Shown here: piece by piece, positions 13,890 through 29,495 of the stretch
Layout of the letters: the number at the start of each line of letters is the position of its first letter
Position numbering within the stretch: position 1 is the first letter of the stretch
Source of the DNA: Tubiluchus corallicola
Lineage: Eukaryota; Animalia; Priapulida
Length of the DNA: 64,000 nt
Direction: 5' to 3'
Assembly: GCA_030141605.1 (NCBI GenBank)
Contig: JAQGDQ010000030.1
Span: 789,171-853,170, forward strand
Made by a program: the position numbers and the translations under genes
The notes under the pieces: generated by a model
What the model saw: the letters and a program-made list of their open reading frames with translations, nothing else
Told to the model about the DNA's origin: nothing
The model's database searches: none

Positions 13890-14215
13890 CATGGAAAAAT
13901 TTGGTAGTACTAAGTTTGATACAGGTAAATTTGGTCCTAGTTTTTTTGGTACGAGGAAATTTTCGTGCAGGGAAAATTTGCTGCTAGGAATTTGTGATAC
14001 AGCGAAATTTTAGCAGTGGGAAAATTGGGTACAGGAAAAATGTGGTACTTGCAAAACTGAATACAGTATTGGCGAAGTTTTGTCAAGCATTTTTAGTACG
14101 TACAAGCAAGTCTAGTACAAGGTAAAAATGGCACGGAACAGGTTTAGTACTGAAAAAGTTTAATTGGTAGTAGGAAAATTTGGTACAGAGAAAATATGGT
14201 ACAAGGACAGTTTAA
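13890..14215. repeat. Degenerate ~15-bp tandem array (GGTACAGGAAAAATT-like)
   Basis: Visible periodic units. Related reverse-complement GTGCCATTTT arrays ending in ...TACATTCG occur at 5676-5749 and 12370-12477, suggesting repeat-containing ends of a dispersed DNA element. Confidence 0.6.
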
Positions 14216-15342
14216 TATTATGAAAATATCTTTTATAAGACCTATAAAGTGATTATGTCTCAGATCATAGTAGACGTTATAAATGACCAGTCTAAAAGAC
14301 TTATTATAAGCAAAAAGGGTTTAAACAACATAAGTTAATTATCCCAAATAAACTGTGAATAAAAATTAAGATGTCTGCCAAAGACTAGATGTTCATCCTT
14401 AACAAATGTTAATGCAATGGTAGCATTTGGCAATTTCTTGTAACAGCATAAAATCGTTAATTTAAAAAAATGGAAAACTAATTACCTCGGGACAGACAGC
14501 TTTTTATTAATTTGAAGACTTAGCTCAAATTATCTACCTAGCTGGGAAAGATTTTTTTCAGGGCCAGGTTTGCTTGAGTTTTTTTTGGCTTACAGAAACT
14601 GATAAATCTGATTGTTTAAAAAAATGTAATTACATCTATTATTATATGCTCGTTTGTTTTTATTTATGATTATATGTAATTGCATTAGAATTGGTAATTA
14701 TGTTTATTATAATTGTACTCGTTGTCTTTCATGTATATGTGTATGTGATGCATTATAATTTATAACTATGTTTATTGTACATGTATATGATCGCTGTCTC
14801 TCATTGCGTTAATGCGCTAGATTCTAAAATTATGTATGTAACGATCTGTTCAATGCTTTGTAAGTGCTTTTAGCAGTTTATAAAACAGATCCCAGCAAAT
14901 AGAGAGAATTTATATTGTACATAGTTTTTTAAATAAAGAATTATAATAATAATAATAACAATTGTTGTCTGGCTCTAAACATTGTTGAAGTTATTTATTC
15001 GATTGTTTGTCATTGGAATTGTCTTTCGAATTGTTTCTCATTGAAATAATACTTTAACAAGTTAATATTACGTCGCATCATTATTTTCTCGCTTGTTTCG
15101 TTTTCACAACTACCTAGGGTTTTGCGTCTTGCTGACCCAATGTAGCACTGCTCTTATTGACATCACGGAAGAAAACACACAAGCTTATCGCTTTTGTTGT
15201 CAATTGATTTTACCGCTGTGCTTTACACGGTGATTGTGGAGTTATCGTTAGCAAGTAAAATGTTGCCTTAAATTGATAAACTGTAATCCGAGTATATATT
15301 CAGTTTACTTGTTCCAAGTTAAGTTAATATTTTATGTGACCA

Positions 15343-16872
15343 ATGGCTAAATCAACGCGACCTCCGTTACCCGTTTTTGAAACGTGCCTTTACTATATCA
15401 TAGGATTGTCATTTCTTACATATGCTTGCTATGAATGCTGCAGAGTAGCGTATAAATACGGAGGGTTTTATGGCGACAAATTCTTCAAAAATGGTTGGGG
15501 AATCTTAGGCCACCGTAAGAAAGACATCTCAAATTATGAATGGACGCTTTGGACTGACTGGTTCTGGCCACTGCTACCATGGTGCTGCAGTCATATAGCA
15601 GTAGGTCGAATCGTAGACATGTACTTTTTTGATAAAAGACATTATTTTTATCTACTTCATTCTCTTGCCGCAATGTGTTCAGTCCTTCCTGTATTCGGCG
15701 TAATGTACATGCTCATGCTGAGCAGCATCATGTATTTCGTGTCGTTATTTAGGAAACCATTGCTCTGCTGGGTGTGCAGCTTAACCTGGCTGGCAATAGT
15801 AAACATACGGAAGGTTCAAGAGCTACATGAAATTTTTTTTCGTAATAGCCAGACCAATAACGAGCTTGAATTGCTCTTGGGTTCTACACTGTTCTTGAAT
15901 ATCAAGTACACTAGCGCCGCTTTAGAATTTTCGAAGAAATCTAACAACGTACCAAAGTTGCACGGGTTAGTTAGCTTCTTGGCCTACTGCTTTTACATGC
16001 CACTGTTTTTCATGGGGCCATTAATTACCTATGATTTGTATGAAGTGCAAATAAAGAAACCAAACAGATGGCCAGTCAAGAAAGTGCAGTATGTTCTGTT
16101 CGAATTTGCTCGTATTTTTTTCTGGGCACTTTTTATAGAATTTTCGCTGCACTTTTGTTATTTCAACGCTCTATCAACTGAGCCGCTGTTAGTGAACAAG
16201 ATTGGGCTATGGCCACTGGCAGGACTTGGGTATTTACAAGGGCAAATGTTTCACGTGAAATATGTTGTACTGTACGGTTTCACTGGTACTCTTGCTTTAG
16301 CAGATGGTTTTGATCCACCACTTCAACCAAAATGCATTATTCGCATAGATCTATACTCTAAAATGTGGAAGTATTTTGATCGTGGTTTGTACAATTATCT
16401 GAAACGGTACATCTTCATTCCACTTGGCGGTACGCTACCTGGAAATGTAACCAGGAAATTTCTTGCATCGGCTGTATGCTTTCTGTACATATACTGTTGG
16501 CACGGGATGTTTGACTATCTTTTTGTATGGGCATCTTTAAATTTTTTGGTTGTTTCACTAGAAAAAGCGGTCACTTACGTTGCTTCCATGGAGTCTGTGA
16601 AAGGCTGGAACGAAAAGCACCTAACTCCACTTCAGCATCGAAGACTGCAGGCAGCTGCAACTGCCTGTCTTTTGCCATTGTGTATGCTGGCAAACTTCTA
16701 CTTCTTCATGGGTCGCGAAGTTGGTGACATTTATCTGGACAGGCTGATTTTACACGGTACTCTGCAATCGTATGTCATACTTTTGATGGTGACATATTGC
16801 CAGGCTTCATGTGTTGCGAGCGTGGAAGAATGGGAAGAGAGGGTTAGATGGTGGGATCGGAAAAAAGCATGA
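15343..16872 (+). CDS. HHAT: Protein-cysteine N-palmitoyltransferase HHAT/rasp (MBOAT family), 509 aa, single coding exon
   Basis: Uninterrupted multi-TM ORF with HHAT motifs KDISNYEW, YCFYMPLFFMGPLITY, GQMFHVKYVVLYG, SKMWKYFDRGLYNYLKRYIFIP, and the catalytic His in YIYCWHG (present in HHAT, replaced in HHATL). Confidence 0.93.
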   Translation: MAKSTRPPLPVFETCLYYIIGLSFLTYACYECCRVAYKYGGFYGDKFFKNGWGILGHRKKDISNYEWTLWTDWFWPLLPWCCSHIAVGRIVDMYFFDKRHYFYLLHSLAAMCSVLPVFGVMYMLMLSSIMYFVSLFRKPLLCWVCSLTWLAIVNIRKVQELHEIFFRNSQTNNELELLLGSTLFLNIKYTSAALEFSKKSNNVPKLHGLVSFLAYCFYMPLFFMGPLITYDLYEVQIKKPNRWPVKKVQYVLFEFARIFFWALFIEFSLHFCYFNALSTEPLLVNKIGLWPLAGLGYLQGQMFHVKYVVLYGFTGTLALADGFDPPLQPKCIIRIDLYSKMWKYFDRGLYNYLKRYIFIPLGGTLPGNVTRKFLASAVCFLYIYCWHGMFDYLFVWASLNFLVVSLEKAVTYVASMESVKGWNEKHLTPLQHRRLQAAATACLLPLCMLANFYFFMGREVGDIYLDRLILHGTLQSYVILLMVTYCQASCVASVEEWEERVRWWDRKKA

Positions 16873-17304
16873 AGAAGGCACTGATTTATGTTTTTGTTGA
16901 AAACAGCTTTTTTGTGTGAGACTAATTTTTATTGTTTTGAATAACTATTGTTAAACTGGAATATTTAAGATTTTTTTTTATTCCGTTGATGAGTGATTAA
17001 TGTTTTTTACTGCTGTACACAAAAACATGCCAAGTTGTCAAAAAGTCTTTCTCGATATGCTCTTCTTAAATCAGTTTATACCATATGACATGATGTAGAA
17101 CTTCTTGTGCGACACTATATATGTTTCCTTTGCCACTTTCTTAGCCATAATAATCATTGATCAGGCAAGTAATTCCTCTAATATTTTGGCTTTATTACGA
17201 ATCCACTTTCAAATACAGACCTCTTGTCATAGAGCATTTTTGTTGAGAGAAAATGTTACAGTACAACCTACATTTTTATGTTTCTTTAGTGATAATTACT
17301 TATA

Positions 17305-17503
17305 TGACAGTTTTCAGATCATTCACTCATGACACTTTTCAAATCATTCATTCACGACACGTTTCAAATCATTTATTCATGACAATTTTCAAATCATTCA
17401 TTCATAACACTGTTCAAATCATTCACTCATGGCAGTTTTCAACCATTCACTCACAAAAGTTTGTAGATCACTCACTCATGACAGTATTCTCTTCAGATCA
17501 TTC
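17305..17503. repeat. 25-bp minisatellite array (~8 units, TGACAGTTTTCAGATCATTCACTCA)
   Basis: Visible periodicity; reverse complement of the array at 19757-20170. Confidence 0.9.
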
Positions 17504-17745
17504 AGCCACATAGTAATCGTAACAGTTTGGACATGTTTTTTCGTGTGATACTGTCATTTTTGTGCACCAACTAACCAGACTAATGACTCAGGAAATGAAA
17601 ATGGCTACATTAATCACATCCTTGTTTTCCATGCAACTAATTTTCCCTCGAAATCCAAGGAATGACAAAATTTTCATATGGTTATTTAAAATCGAAATAA
17701 ATTAAAATCTCTAACTGTAAATATTACAGAAGATTTTTTCGTTTA

Positions 17746-21293
<3,548 letters not shown>

Positions 21294-21676
21294 ATTCCCC
21301 TGTGTCAATGTATATTCAACTATAGGCCTGATATGAGTAATGATCATTATAGCATGACACATTGTACGTTCTCACCATAAAATATTCATCGCTTTCCATT
21401 GTTTTTACTGTCTTCGCAAGTAAGCATCGTTTATAGTTAGGCTTTCTAGCAGAGTCGCTAACTATTGATCATTATTCATTAGGCATTAGAATCTACAAAC
21501 TATTTTCTGCACTCTCAGTTAAATTCGAATCTGTAACAAAGAAAAAGGAATCACACTCAACCTGGAAAGCAACTATAATTAGAGAGTTATATTTATTGGG
21601 AGGACAAATGGCACAATTATAGAAAAATAATCAATTCATGACAGTCCAGAAACAAGGCTACGAGTGTATGAAACCT

Positions 21677-21743
21677 ACACACACACACAGACACAGACAC
21701 ACACACACACACACACACACACGCACGCACGCACGCACGCACG

Positions 21744-21790
<47 letters not shown>
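21677..21790. repeat. (CA)n/(CGCA)n microsatellite
   Basis: Directly visible. Confidence 0.97.
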
Positions 21791-21794
<4 letters not shown>

Positions 21795-23012
21795 CTTTGT
21801 CTGTCACTCAGTTAACCTGCCAGTCAGTCAGCTAGCGCATCTATCTGTCTGTCTGTTTGTCAATCTCTCTAATAAAAATTGGTAAAACAAATGTAACACA
21901 ATTTTGCTATTTAGCACAAGATAATCATCTGCTGAACACAAACGACCAAAAACTAAAATTAAGTAACATTTAACACGTGCATTGAAACACATTTTGTCAG
22001 CACGGTATGTAAGCTCCTTGTTCGAAAGCTTAAAACCAATTTCAAAAAAGCAGAGCATGAAATTCTTATAACACACAAGACCAGCTTATATATATATATT
22101 TATATATAATGTAATATATATGTAAAATAACATACATGTATCTACAGAAATTCAACTTTGTAATATTCACCCTCATTCCAGTACTCATATAATTTTATCA
22201 CAACATAATTATGCTGTTGCAAGAATCTATACCAAGTATCTTAAATAAATCAAAATCTGTAAATGAGTTCTTTACCTTTAACATTACATTTTCATTTAGA
22301 TCTACAGTACAACCAAAATTATTTTAATCTTAAATTTACTTGACTGTTATTGACATGGTAACATAGCTTTGGAATTATCAACACGCTAGACTTTATGGCT
22401 AACTGTTAAATAATTCGCAGGCATTGTGCCACAAAAATACATTAACACATTTGACGCTTTCATTTTGTTTATTTAAACGCATGTTTTTCTATAAGCAGTG
22501 TTCCACTTTACACCCTGATGGCATTAACTTCATTGTTTGAAATACTGCCAATTTTGTATTGGTATAACAAAATTAGTAGACAATATGTGTTGATTATACC
22601 TACTATGTCATTACGATTGTAATCCATACTTGAGAGAATATTATTCAACGAACCAATAGATTTTTTTAACCTTGAAACATCAATAAGAAACGAAAAGAAA
22701 ACTGTCACTGGTGACTGGTCTCAAGATCATAACCCAAACTCACCCTGTTGCTATACTTATTAATAAATATATGATAATAAAAAACACAAAATGAAAATAA
22801 AAACAATCAAATAAGTAACACGATAGTGCAACTCACAAATAAAGCTATTTACAGTTTGTTTTTTAACATTTTTGTGGGGCTTCGCCTTTTTGGAGTGACC
22901 GCCAGTCACTGTCCGGCGTGTCCGCCTCAGGTTCGCTTTTCTGAAGCAAAAGTCGTGTGATTGATTAGTTGTTCCTGGGAAGCTCCCGTTCTCCTCGAAG
23001 ATTTCCGGATCG

Positions 23013-23025
23013 TTTTCTTCCTTTT
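23013..23025 (+). promoter_or_regulatory. TCT/5'TOP-like polypyrimidine transcription start of RPL18A
   Basis: TTTTCTTCCTTTT lies 15 nt upstream of the RPL18A ATG, as is typical of ribosomal protein genes. Confidence 0.7.
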
Positions 23026-23039
23026 GCAATTTGTCAGCC

Positions 23040-26000
23040 ATGGGGTTGAAAGCGCGTGGAGAGGTACTGCTCAGTAAATTTTATTATTTTAATAATTATT
23101 GTATTATTAGCACCATCAGTGTATGTATAGGCGTAGTGTGTCATACCAAGTTTATCATTATTAGAAAAATGGGACTGATTTTCAAGCAAGTATTTTCAAT
23201 TAAACGCCTTTGTCTGAACTTTGTCGAAACCACTTATTTTAGGTCTGCAAAGAGTGGTTAGGCGGCTCCGCAAAATCTTGGACTATGTACTGTAACCGGG
23301 CCGGCATGTCCGTGGGCACCCGTCGCAAAAACACTTTCTAAAAATGAGAAGTTGATTTGGTTCGATTATGATACGATAAGGTTGAAGTGTCTATTTTGCG
23401 CGTGAAGTCGCTTACTGAGTAATTAGCTGTGCATGCTATTGGCTTGTGCATCAGGAAAAAACCTAATAAACTTTCATAAAACTTAGTATTCCAGCTTTGA
23501 AGCTGCATCAGCAAACAGTTTTTAAAGGCCTATATAACCTTGACAGACATTGACATTTTTTAACTCATTATTGTGATTACACAAGGAATGCATAGTTATT
23601 ATTAAACAAAGGAAACTTATGAATTAAATAAATTACCTTTTCTGGCGAATTTCGAAACCTGTGCATTGCTGTAATGATCGCCATGTTTTGCGTCTTTTGT
23701 GCGAGTGTGCAAGAATGACACATGTAGTACAGAAAGTTACCAATGTTTGTTTACCAATCTTTGGTGACTTCATGACTGTACTAATAACGCCATTCATCTC
23801 GCGCAATGAAAAATGGCAGTTCTTCAAGTTTAATATCACTAACAACGAAGTGGTAAAAAATCAAAAGAAACAAGTTTTACAGTAAGTTTATAATAAAACA
23901 AATTCAATATTCATAATGAGAGTAGTATTTTCAGTTGTAAAAGCTTATATTACAGTGAGGGTTTAGTTTGATTTTAAAAAAATAGGCTGGATCTGTGACT
24001 CCCCAGACCACAAAGACTGCACATCATTGAGTAACACTATGTGGGATCTTTGCATTTGCTCTAGTTTCTCATGTATTATCTTGCTGTGTACTGTAACACC
24101 ATGTGTTTTCTTGCGATGAACTGCCATGTGGTACATGGCAGCAGAGAACAGGGCCTACAAGATTAAATCCGAACCGCTGACGTTGGAACAAAGAGGTGGT
24201 ACGTGGGGATGTCGAGTAAACACAAATGACCCACATAGTCTTGCCTCTAACTTTAGGACATCAACGTGCATCACAATACTTTGACTTCACTTATCTCTCC
24301 ATCTTATGTAAACGTATCTACTTTTACAGAATCTGCACAGTGTGACACTTCATGAATATAAATAATACAGTGACTTCAGTTTGTCCTGGAGTTGTTTGTG
24401 TTACGTGCTGCATAAAAGTTAATTGTTAATCATTCACCAAAATTTTTCAATGTTGTTCGACACTGCAGCTAGTAAACAAAAGCTGTAAACATTTACTGCA
24501 TAGACAATGCACATGTGCAGTGAAAACTGCTGGCGACTTGCTCCAGCAAATGCGAAGATCTTCCAATTGCTAGCATAGTCAATATACAGCATTCAGGTTT
24601 CAGCTAGCCTGCTGATTTTACATCTCAGTCTAGCCTTTGTAAGCATGAGATAATCAGTTAATTTATTGAATTTGCATGCTAAAGCCCTGCTGCAGCTCCA
24701 CCTACAACTGGAATAACTGCAAAATAACCCAGGAGGCGCCACATCCAACCTGTCCTAAAAATTTTGCATCTTGCTGCGCTCCACTTAATGCTACTATTTT
24801 TCATGTGATTATTAAACTAATTAAAAATACTTCAAAAGGTTGCTGTCATGGTTAAAATACAGTGATTGCATAGGTATTAGCTGCAAGCCCTCACAGAGTA
24901 CCCAGAAAGAAATTGCAGTGTTTACATAAACCTCTCAGATGTGCATTATTATATTAATTATTCTTTTTGGAAGATCTGTAATCTGCTGCGGGTAAATTAT
25001 CTTTAGTGGCACCAGAGTCATCTATTTCCCAAATGCAATTAATTTTTAAAATTCAAATGTAAAAATTCAGTAAAATGTTGTTGCATTGTATTAGATTGAT
25101 AAAAATAGTTTGTTTTGACAGATTTGTTTTGACAAATTAATCGTAGGTGCTGCCACAACATTTTTCGTGAAGTGACACACCGCTAGAATATACATGTCCA
25201 ATTTGTCTTACGACCAATCTGCCGATCCCTGTTGTGGTCGTAAGTCGATGACTGTCTGTATTATGTTCAAATTAATAAAATCGATAGATAGCTATTTGAG
25301 TAATGAGGATTCAGACTCGAACAAGAAAGACTGACTCATTGCAGTCAGGACTCAACTACATTACTAATTATCATATCTTTAATTAAGGCATTTGCAGTAC
25401 GTGTAAATTAGCATACTGCACTTGTAGGTTTTCAATATGACACTTATGTAACAAGCTTGTTGTGCATTTTATAGATGAGAGAATATCGGGTAATTGGGCG
25501 CAGCTTGCCCACACCCAAAAATCGTACCCCTCCTATCTATAGGATGCGGATTTTTGCTCCTGATCATGTGATAGCTAAATCACGGTTCTGGTATTTTGCT
25601 AAGTTACTGAAGAAGATGAAAAAGACCCAGGGGGAAATACTAGAATGTAAAATGGTATGTGCAACTTTTTTTAATCTGTGTGTTGGTGTTAAAATTCTTT
25701 TATTTATTTCATTGTACTTACAGTGCACCTTAAAAAAGAAAAATGCTCTGCGTGAAATGTATCAATTGATATTTTAATAGTTTGTTATAGTATAATTGCT
25801 TTCCTTGCTCAGATAGAGTAAATAGCTAGAGTAAATTGAAATTTATTATCACATTTCGTTAGCGTTTTAATAGCTAAGTAGCAATAGTACTATAACTCAT
25901 ACACTGAGCTGCAAAAATGAACATTTACTACCAAAACCCTGTAAATTCCAAGATATATATGACGTAAAGAAGTAAATGTGTATTCTCGCGCCTTTGATAT

Positions 26001-29000
26001 CTTAATGGATTCAAATCAGCAAATGCGTGGAATTACCTTGTATGTTGTTTTGAAATAAATATCAACAGTTTTGGTTGCACACATCCCTTTGCAAATTTGC
26101 ATATTCAGTGCATTTTTTGCCAGAAGTTGTGCAAAAATCAAATTCTGATTTGTCGCCTTCGCCCAGCTTTTAGTGCTGTTTTGAAGTGAATCAAATTAGA
26201 ACAGTCTTTGTAATCTTCCTAAGAGTTGTCTATCACTTGCTATACATTGTAATTTAGTAACCTAAGTCTTTGAGTTATTATATTACATATTAGTTATTAT
26301 ATTATATATTACATAAACAGTATCAATTTTTAATACAGCCCCAGTAATGTCAGTGATCTCTCAAAGTAAGTGTTTACAGTTAGAAAGTAAATGAACATGT
26401 CTACAAAATTAGAAATCCTACAACATATTTACTGGTGGTAAGCAGTATGTACATTCTTTATTCTTTTTGAATCGTGTAGTTAACTGAGGAAAAAACTAAA
26501 GAATTTTACAAGTAAGAAGCCCAAAAGGACACACCGAATTTCTATAAAACGCAGACAATAAAATAATGAGAAGCAGCAAAATTAATGCTTTGAGCAGACA
26601 GTTCGCATTTAGGATCCAAAGAAATAAATTTATGGTTTTTGTTTACTTTTGAAATGTTTTTGAACACAGCCTTGCTATAGTTATTTTAGCACTTTAATAT
26701 ATTTTAGGTTTTGGAAAAACGGCCCCTGAAGATAAAGAATTTTGGAATTTGGCTGAGGTATGACTCGCGTAGTGGCACACACAATATGTACCGAGAATAC
26801 CGTGATCTGACATCTAGTGGTGCAGTTACACAATGTTGTAAGTAAATTGTTTTGACTATTTGTTGCCCATTAGTATTTAGGGCGACTTTTTCAATTTGCC
26901 TTTCTGTGATTCTGCCTTTTTGTATAGTTTGTGAAAGTTCAGTGAAGAAGTAAACTACTTTGTTCTTAAACATAACCAGTCTTTTTTAACTCCTTTTAAA
27001 TACTATGCGTGTTGTAAAGGTCTACGTATGTCTGATAACCATTATCATTAACAAGAATATCAGCTTTGTATTAACATGTACTAGTTGGCCGCCTGTGAAT
27101 TTTTATTTTCATTTCAACCATGTTGCACTTACATAGCTGATATACAGAAAATAGATGTGAGCTGGCAAATTCCTCTGCTTTATTCAAGGGATCATTGCGC
27201 TGTACAAGTTACATTAATAGTATGTTCAGCTGAAATATCTGTGGAGGAATTTAGTAAGCTAGCAAGTTGGGTATAATTTTCATTCACCTTTCAAAACATG
27301 ATCTTTCTCCCAATACTTTGACAACTCTTTTTCACACTTTATCTCAGCTAAATTTTGAAGCTACCCACTTTTCCAGTTTTAGCAATTCTTGACAATAAAT
27401 TTTTCATTATTGCAAAACTGTAGTAAAACTTATTTGTATATCTTTAATTTAATGCACAAACTTTCTGTATTTTAGATCGCGATATGGGAGCAAGACATCG
27501 AGCTCGAGCTCACTCAATTCAGATTATTAAAATGGAAGAAATCCCACCTTCCAAATGTCGCCGGGCAAACATAAAGCCATTTCATGTGAGTGCCTGTGTC
27601 TTATGATTCTTGGAGGCTATATATGGCTCAGGAGTTTTGTTTAAATGTTATCTTTGCATTTCAGTAAAGCTTGCTTCACACACTAATATAATGTTATTAG
27701 TTTTACAGCCATAATAGAGAGAAAATGAAGAGAATTTTAATCATGCACTAATAATTTAGGACTGTAGTCTGTTGGTGGCTTACAAAGAACATAGTGATCC
27801 ATAAGAACATTTCATTTTCCACCTTCCCATTTTCATAGTTAGATCTGGATCTGTTTCGTTGTCAAATGTGACCGTGGTTCCTATAGGGCAGAAATACATG
27901 TTGTAAATGCATCATTGCTTTTTAGTTTAATGAGCATCTCTAGAGAGATGAGACCTGATGTGGAGTTTTGGAATTAATCATGTGCCATCAAATGCAGTGC
28001 TAGTTCGAGCTTTTCTTAGTGTGTATGGTTTAACTTGTTTTGTTTATGCGACGTGCATAGTTCAAGTTTAAGCATTAATATTTTTCTGATTCACCCTCGA
28101 AACTAACGTTTGGTCATAAACGTACGAAAAAATATTGGAGTAGAACAGTGTGGTAGAAATGAGTTGTTGCTCGATGTGCTGCTGTCATTGTGAACAAAGT
28201 CCCATTTGAGTCAAAAGTTGCTACGCCATTACTTAGAAGTCTAGAAGTCAGTTATTCTAGCAAATCTTTCCTTCAAACATTCTATCTTCAGAACTCTGTC
28301 AGCAGCTCAATTTTTTCTTGCTTTAACCTCTTTCGGTTTAAGAAAGACCATCCACAGATATTTGAGCACTTACAAACGCTTAAATTAAATTAAATTCTTC
28401 CTTCTTCGAGCACTGACTAGATTGATCTCAGATCTTCAGAATCAGAGGGCAGACTTCATAAAAAAAGAACCATCGTCTAGTGATGTTAAACGATACACAT
28501 TTGGCGATACGATATGATGCTGTTTTTCAACGTTATGATAACATAATCTGTTTTTCAGATGCTACAATAAAACAATAAGTATTTTGAATGATAAAAACAA
28601 CTTTTGTGGTTAATTCTTGCATAAGGTTATGTGTAGTTTAGCCATATTTTTGTAGGCTGTTTCTCGATTAATCTATAGATTATGTAATTTATGGCAAATT
28701 CTCTTCTTTGTTTAGTCGCAAAATAATATTAGGATGTGAGTTGTAACAGATGAATATAGTATGCGTAGATCTGTTACTACATAATATATTTATTTATGCG
28801 AGTTGCACTGCCTGCACATAACTAGGACAATGCCTCTAAAAATACCTCACTTGTGTCAGTAAACCGACTGAAGACTGCCACTACCGCAGGAAGAAAGAAC
28901 AAAAAGATTATTCAAACACCTTTATAAATAACTTTTTTCAATTTTTTTTTGCATAATTGTATTGTATAAATGAAAAAGCAAAGTGATATGTCTATAGAGG

Positions 29001-29495
29001 TGAGTGATAAGCAGTGATGCGCAGCAAATTTGATACGATAACGATATTCCTAGAATAATATTGATACAATAACGATAAAAACAAATTTTTCATGTCAATA
29101 CAATAATAGTTAATTATTGACACGATGTTTATCAATAAGTATCGTTATCATTAACATCCCTACATCCCTACCATCACCGAGTTAATTAAATGAAATATTA
29201 TTTTCTTAAACTGTTTATGGTTGCTTAATTAACTGCTGAATTTTAAGAATTATCAGTACATATATTATATATATATATACATTATTATATACATTGTAGA
29301 ATAATCAGTTAAAATAATAAATGACTGTTCATTGTCCCAGTGGTTGTATTGACACTATGTCAAATGCTTTATGGCTGCCTCATTGAGCATTTTTGTTTTC
29401 AGAATGCAAAGATCAAGTTTCCCCTGACTCACAGAGTTCAGAAACAGCAACACAAGCCAAGATTCACAACAAGGCGACCTCTGACATCGTTTTAG
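23040..29495 (+). CDS. RPL18A: 60S ribosomal protein L18a (eL20), 178 aa, 5 coding exons
   Basis: Exons 23040-23063, 25475-25654, 26708-26837, 27476-27585 and 29403-29495 are all GT-AG and in frame: [17 protein letters not shown]...[19 protein letters not shown]...[24 protein letters not shown]...[17 protein letters not shown]...[15 protein letters not shown] at 29560. Confidence 0.97.
26074..26206 (+). ncRNA. SNORA68: Box H/ACA snoRNA, SNORA68 (U68) homologue, in RPL18A intron 2
   Basis: Hairpin 1 is closed by TTGCAC/GTGCAA. H box AAATCA at 26135-26140. Hairpin 2 stem TTCTGATTTG/CAAATTAGAA has a pocket GTCGC...TGAA complementary to conserved 28S UUCA-U-A-GCGAC. ACA box at 26201-26203. Motifs TTGCAC, TTGTCGCCTT and AAGTGAAT match recalled vertebrate U68, which is also hosted by RPL18A. 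Confidence 0.85.
28478..29170. mobile_element. hAT-like MITE in RPL18A intron 4
   Basis: TIRs TAGTGATGTTAA / TTAACATCCCTA (terminal 8 nt duplicated), subterminal CGATA repeats, TSD CCATCGTC / CCATCACC (6/8). Confidence 0.55.

Noticed and set aside
24105-24150. SECIS element or hammerhead ribozyme (ATGA..stem..GA)
   Set aside because: No apical AA, intronic rather than 3'UTR, and no CUGANGA/GAAA core.
23995-24160. RNase MRP/P, SRP or U3 RNA
   Set aside because: Lacks the GAAAG-type CR-I/P4 pairing, the SRP helix-8 motif and the U3 boxes.
25207-25260. Hairpin CTTACGACCA/TGGTCGTAAG as a snoRNA
   Set aside because: The reverse complement TACAGACAGTCATCGACTTACGACC looks like a pogo/Tigger-type transposon end.
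28740-28778. Hairpin GTAACAGAT/ATCTGTTAC as a miRNA or snoRNA
   Set aside because: Short stem inside a probable MITE, with no boxes.
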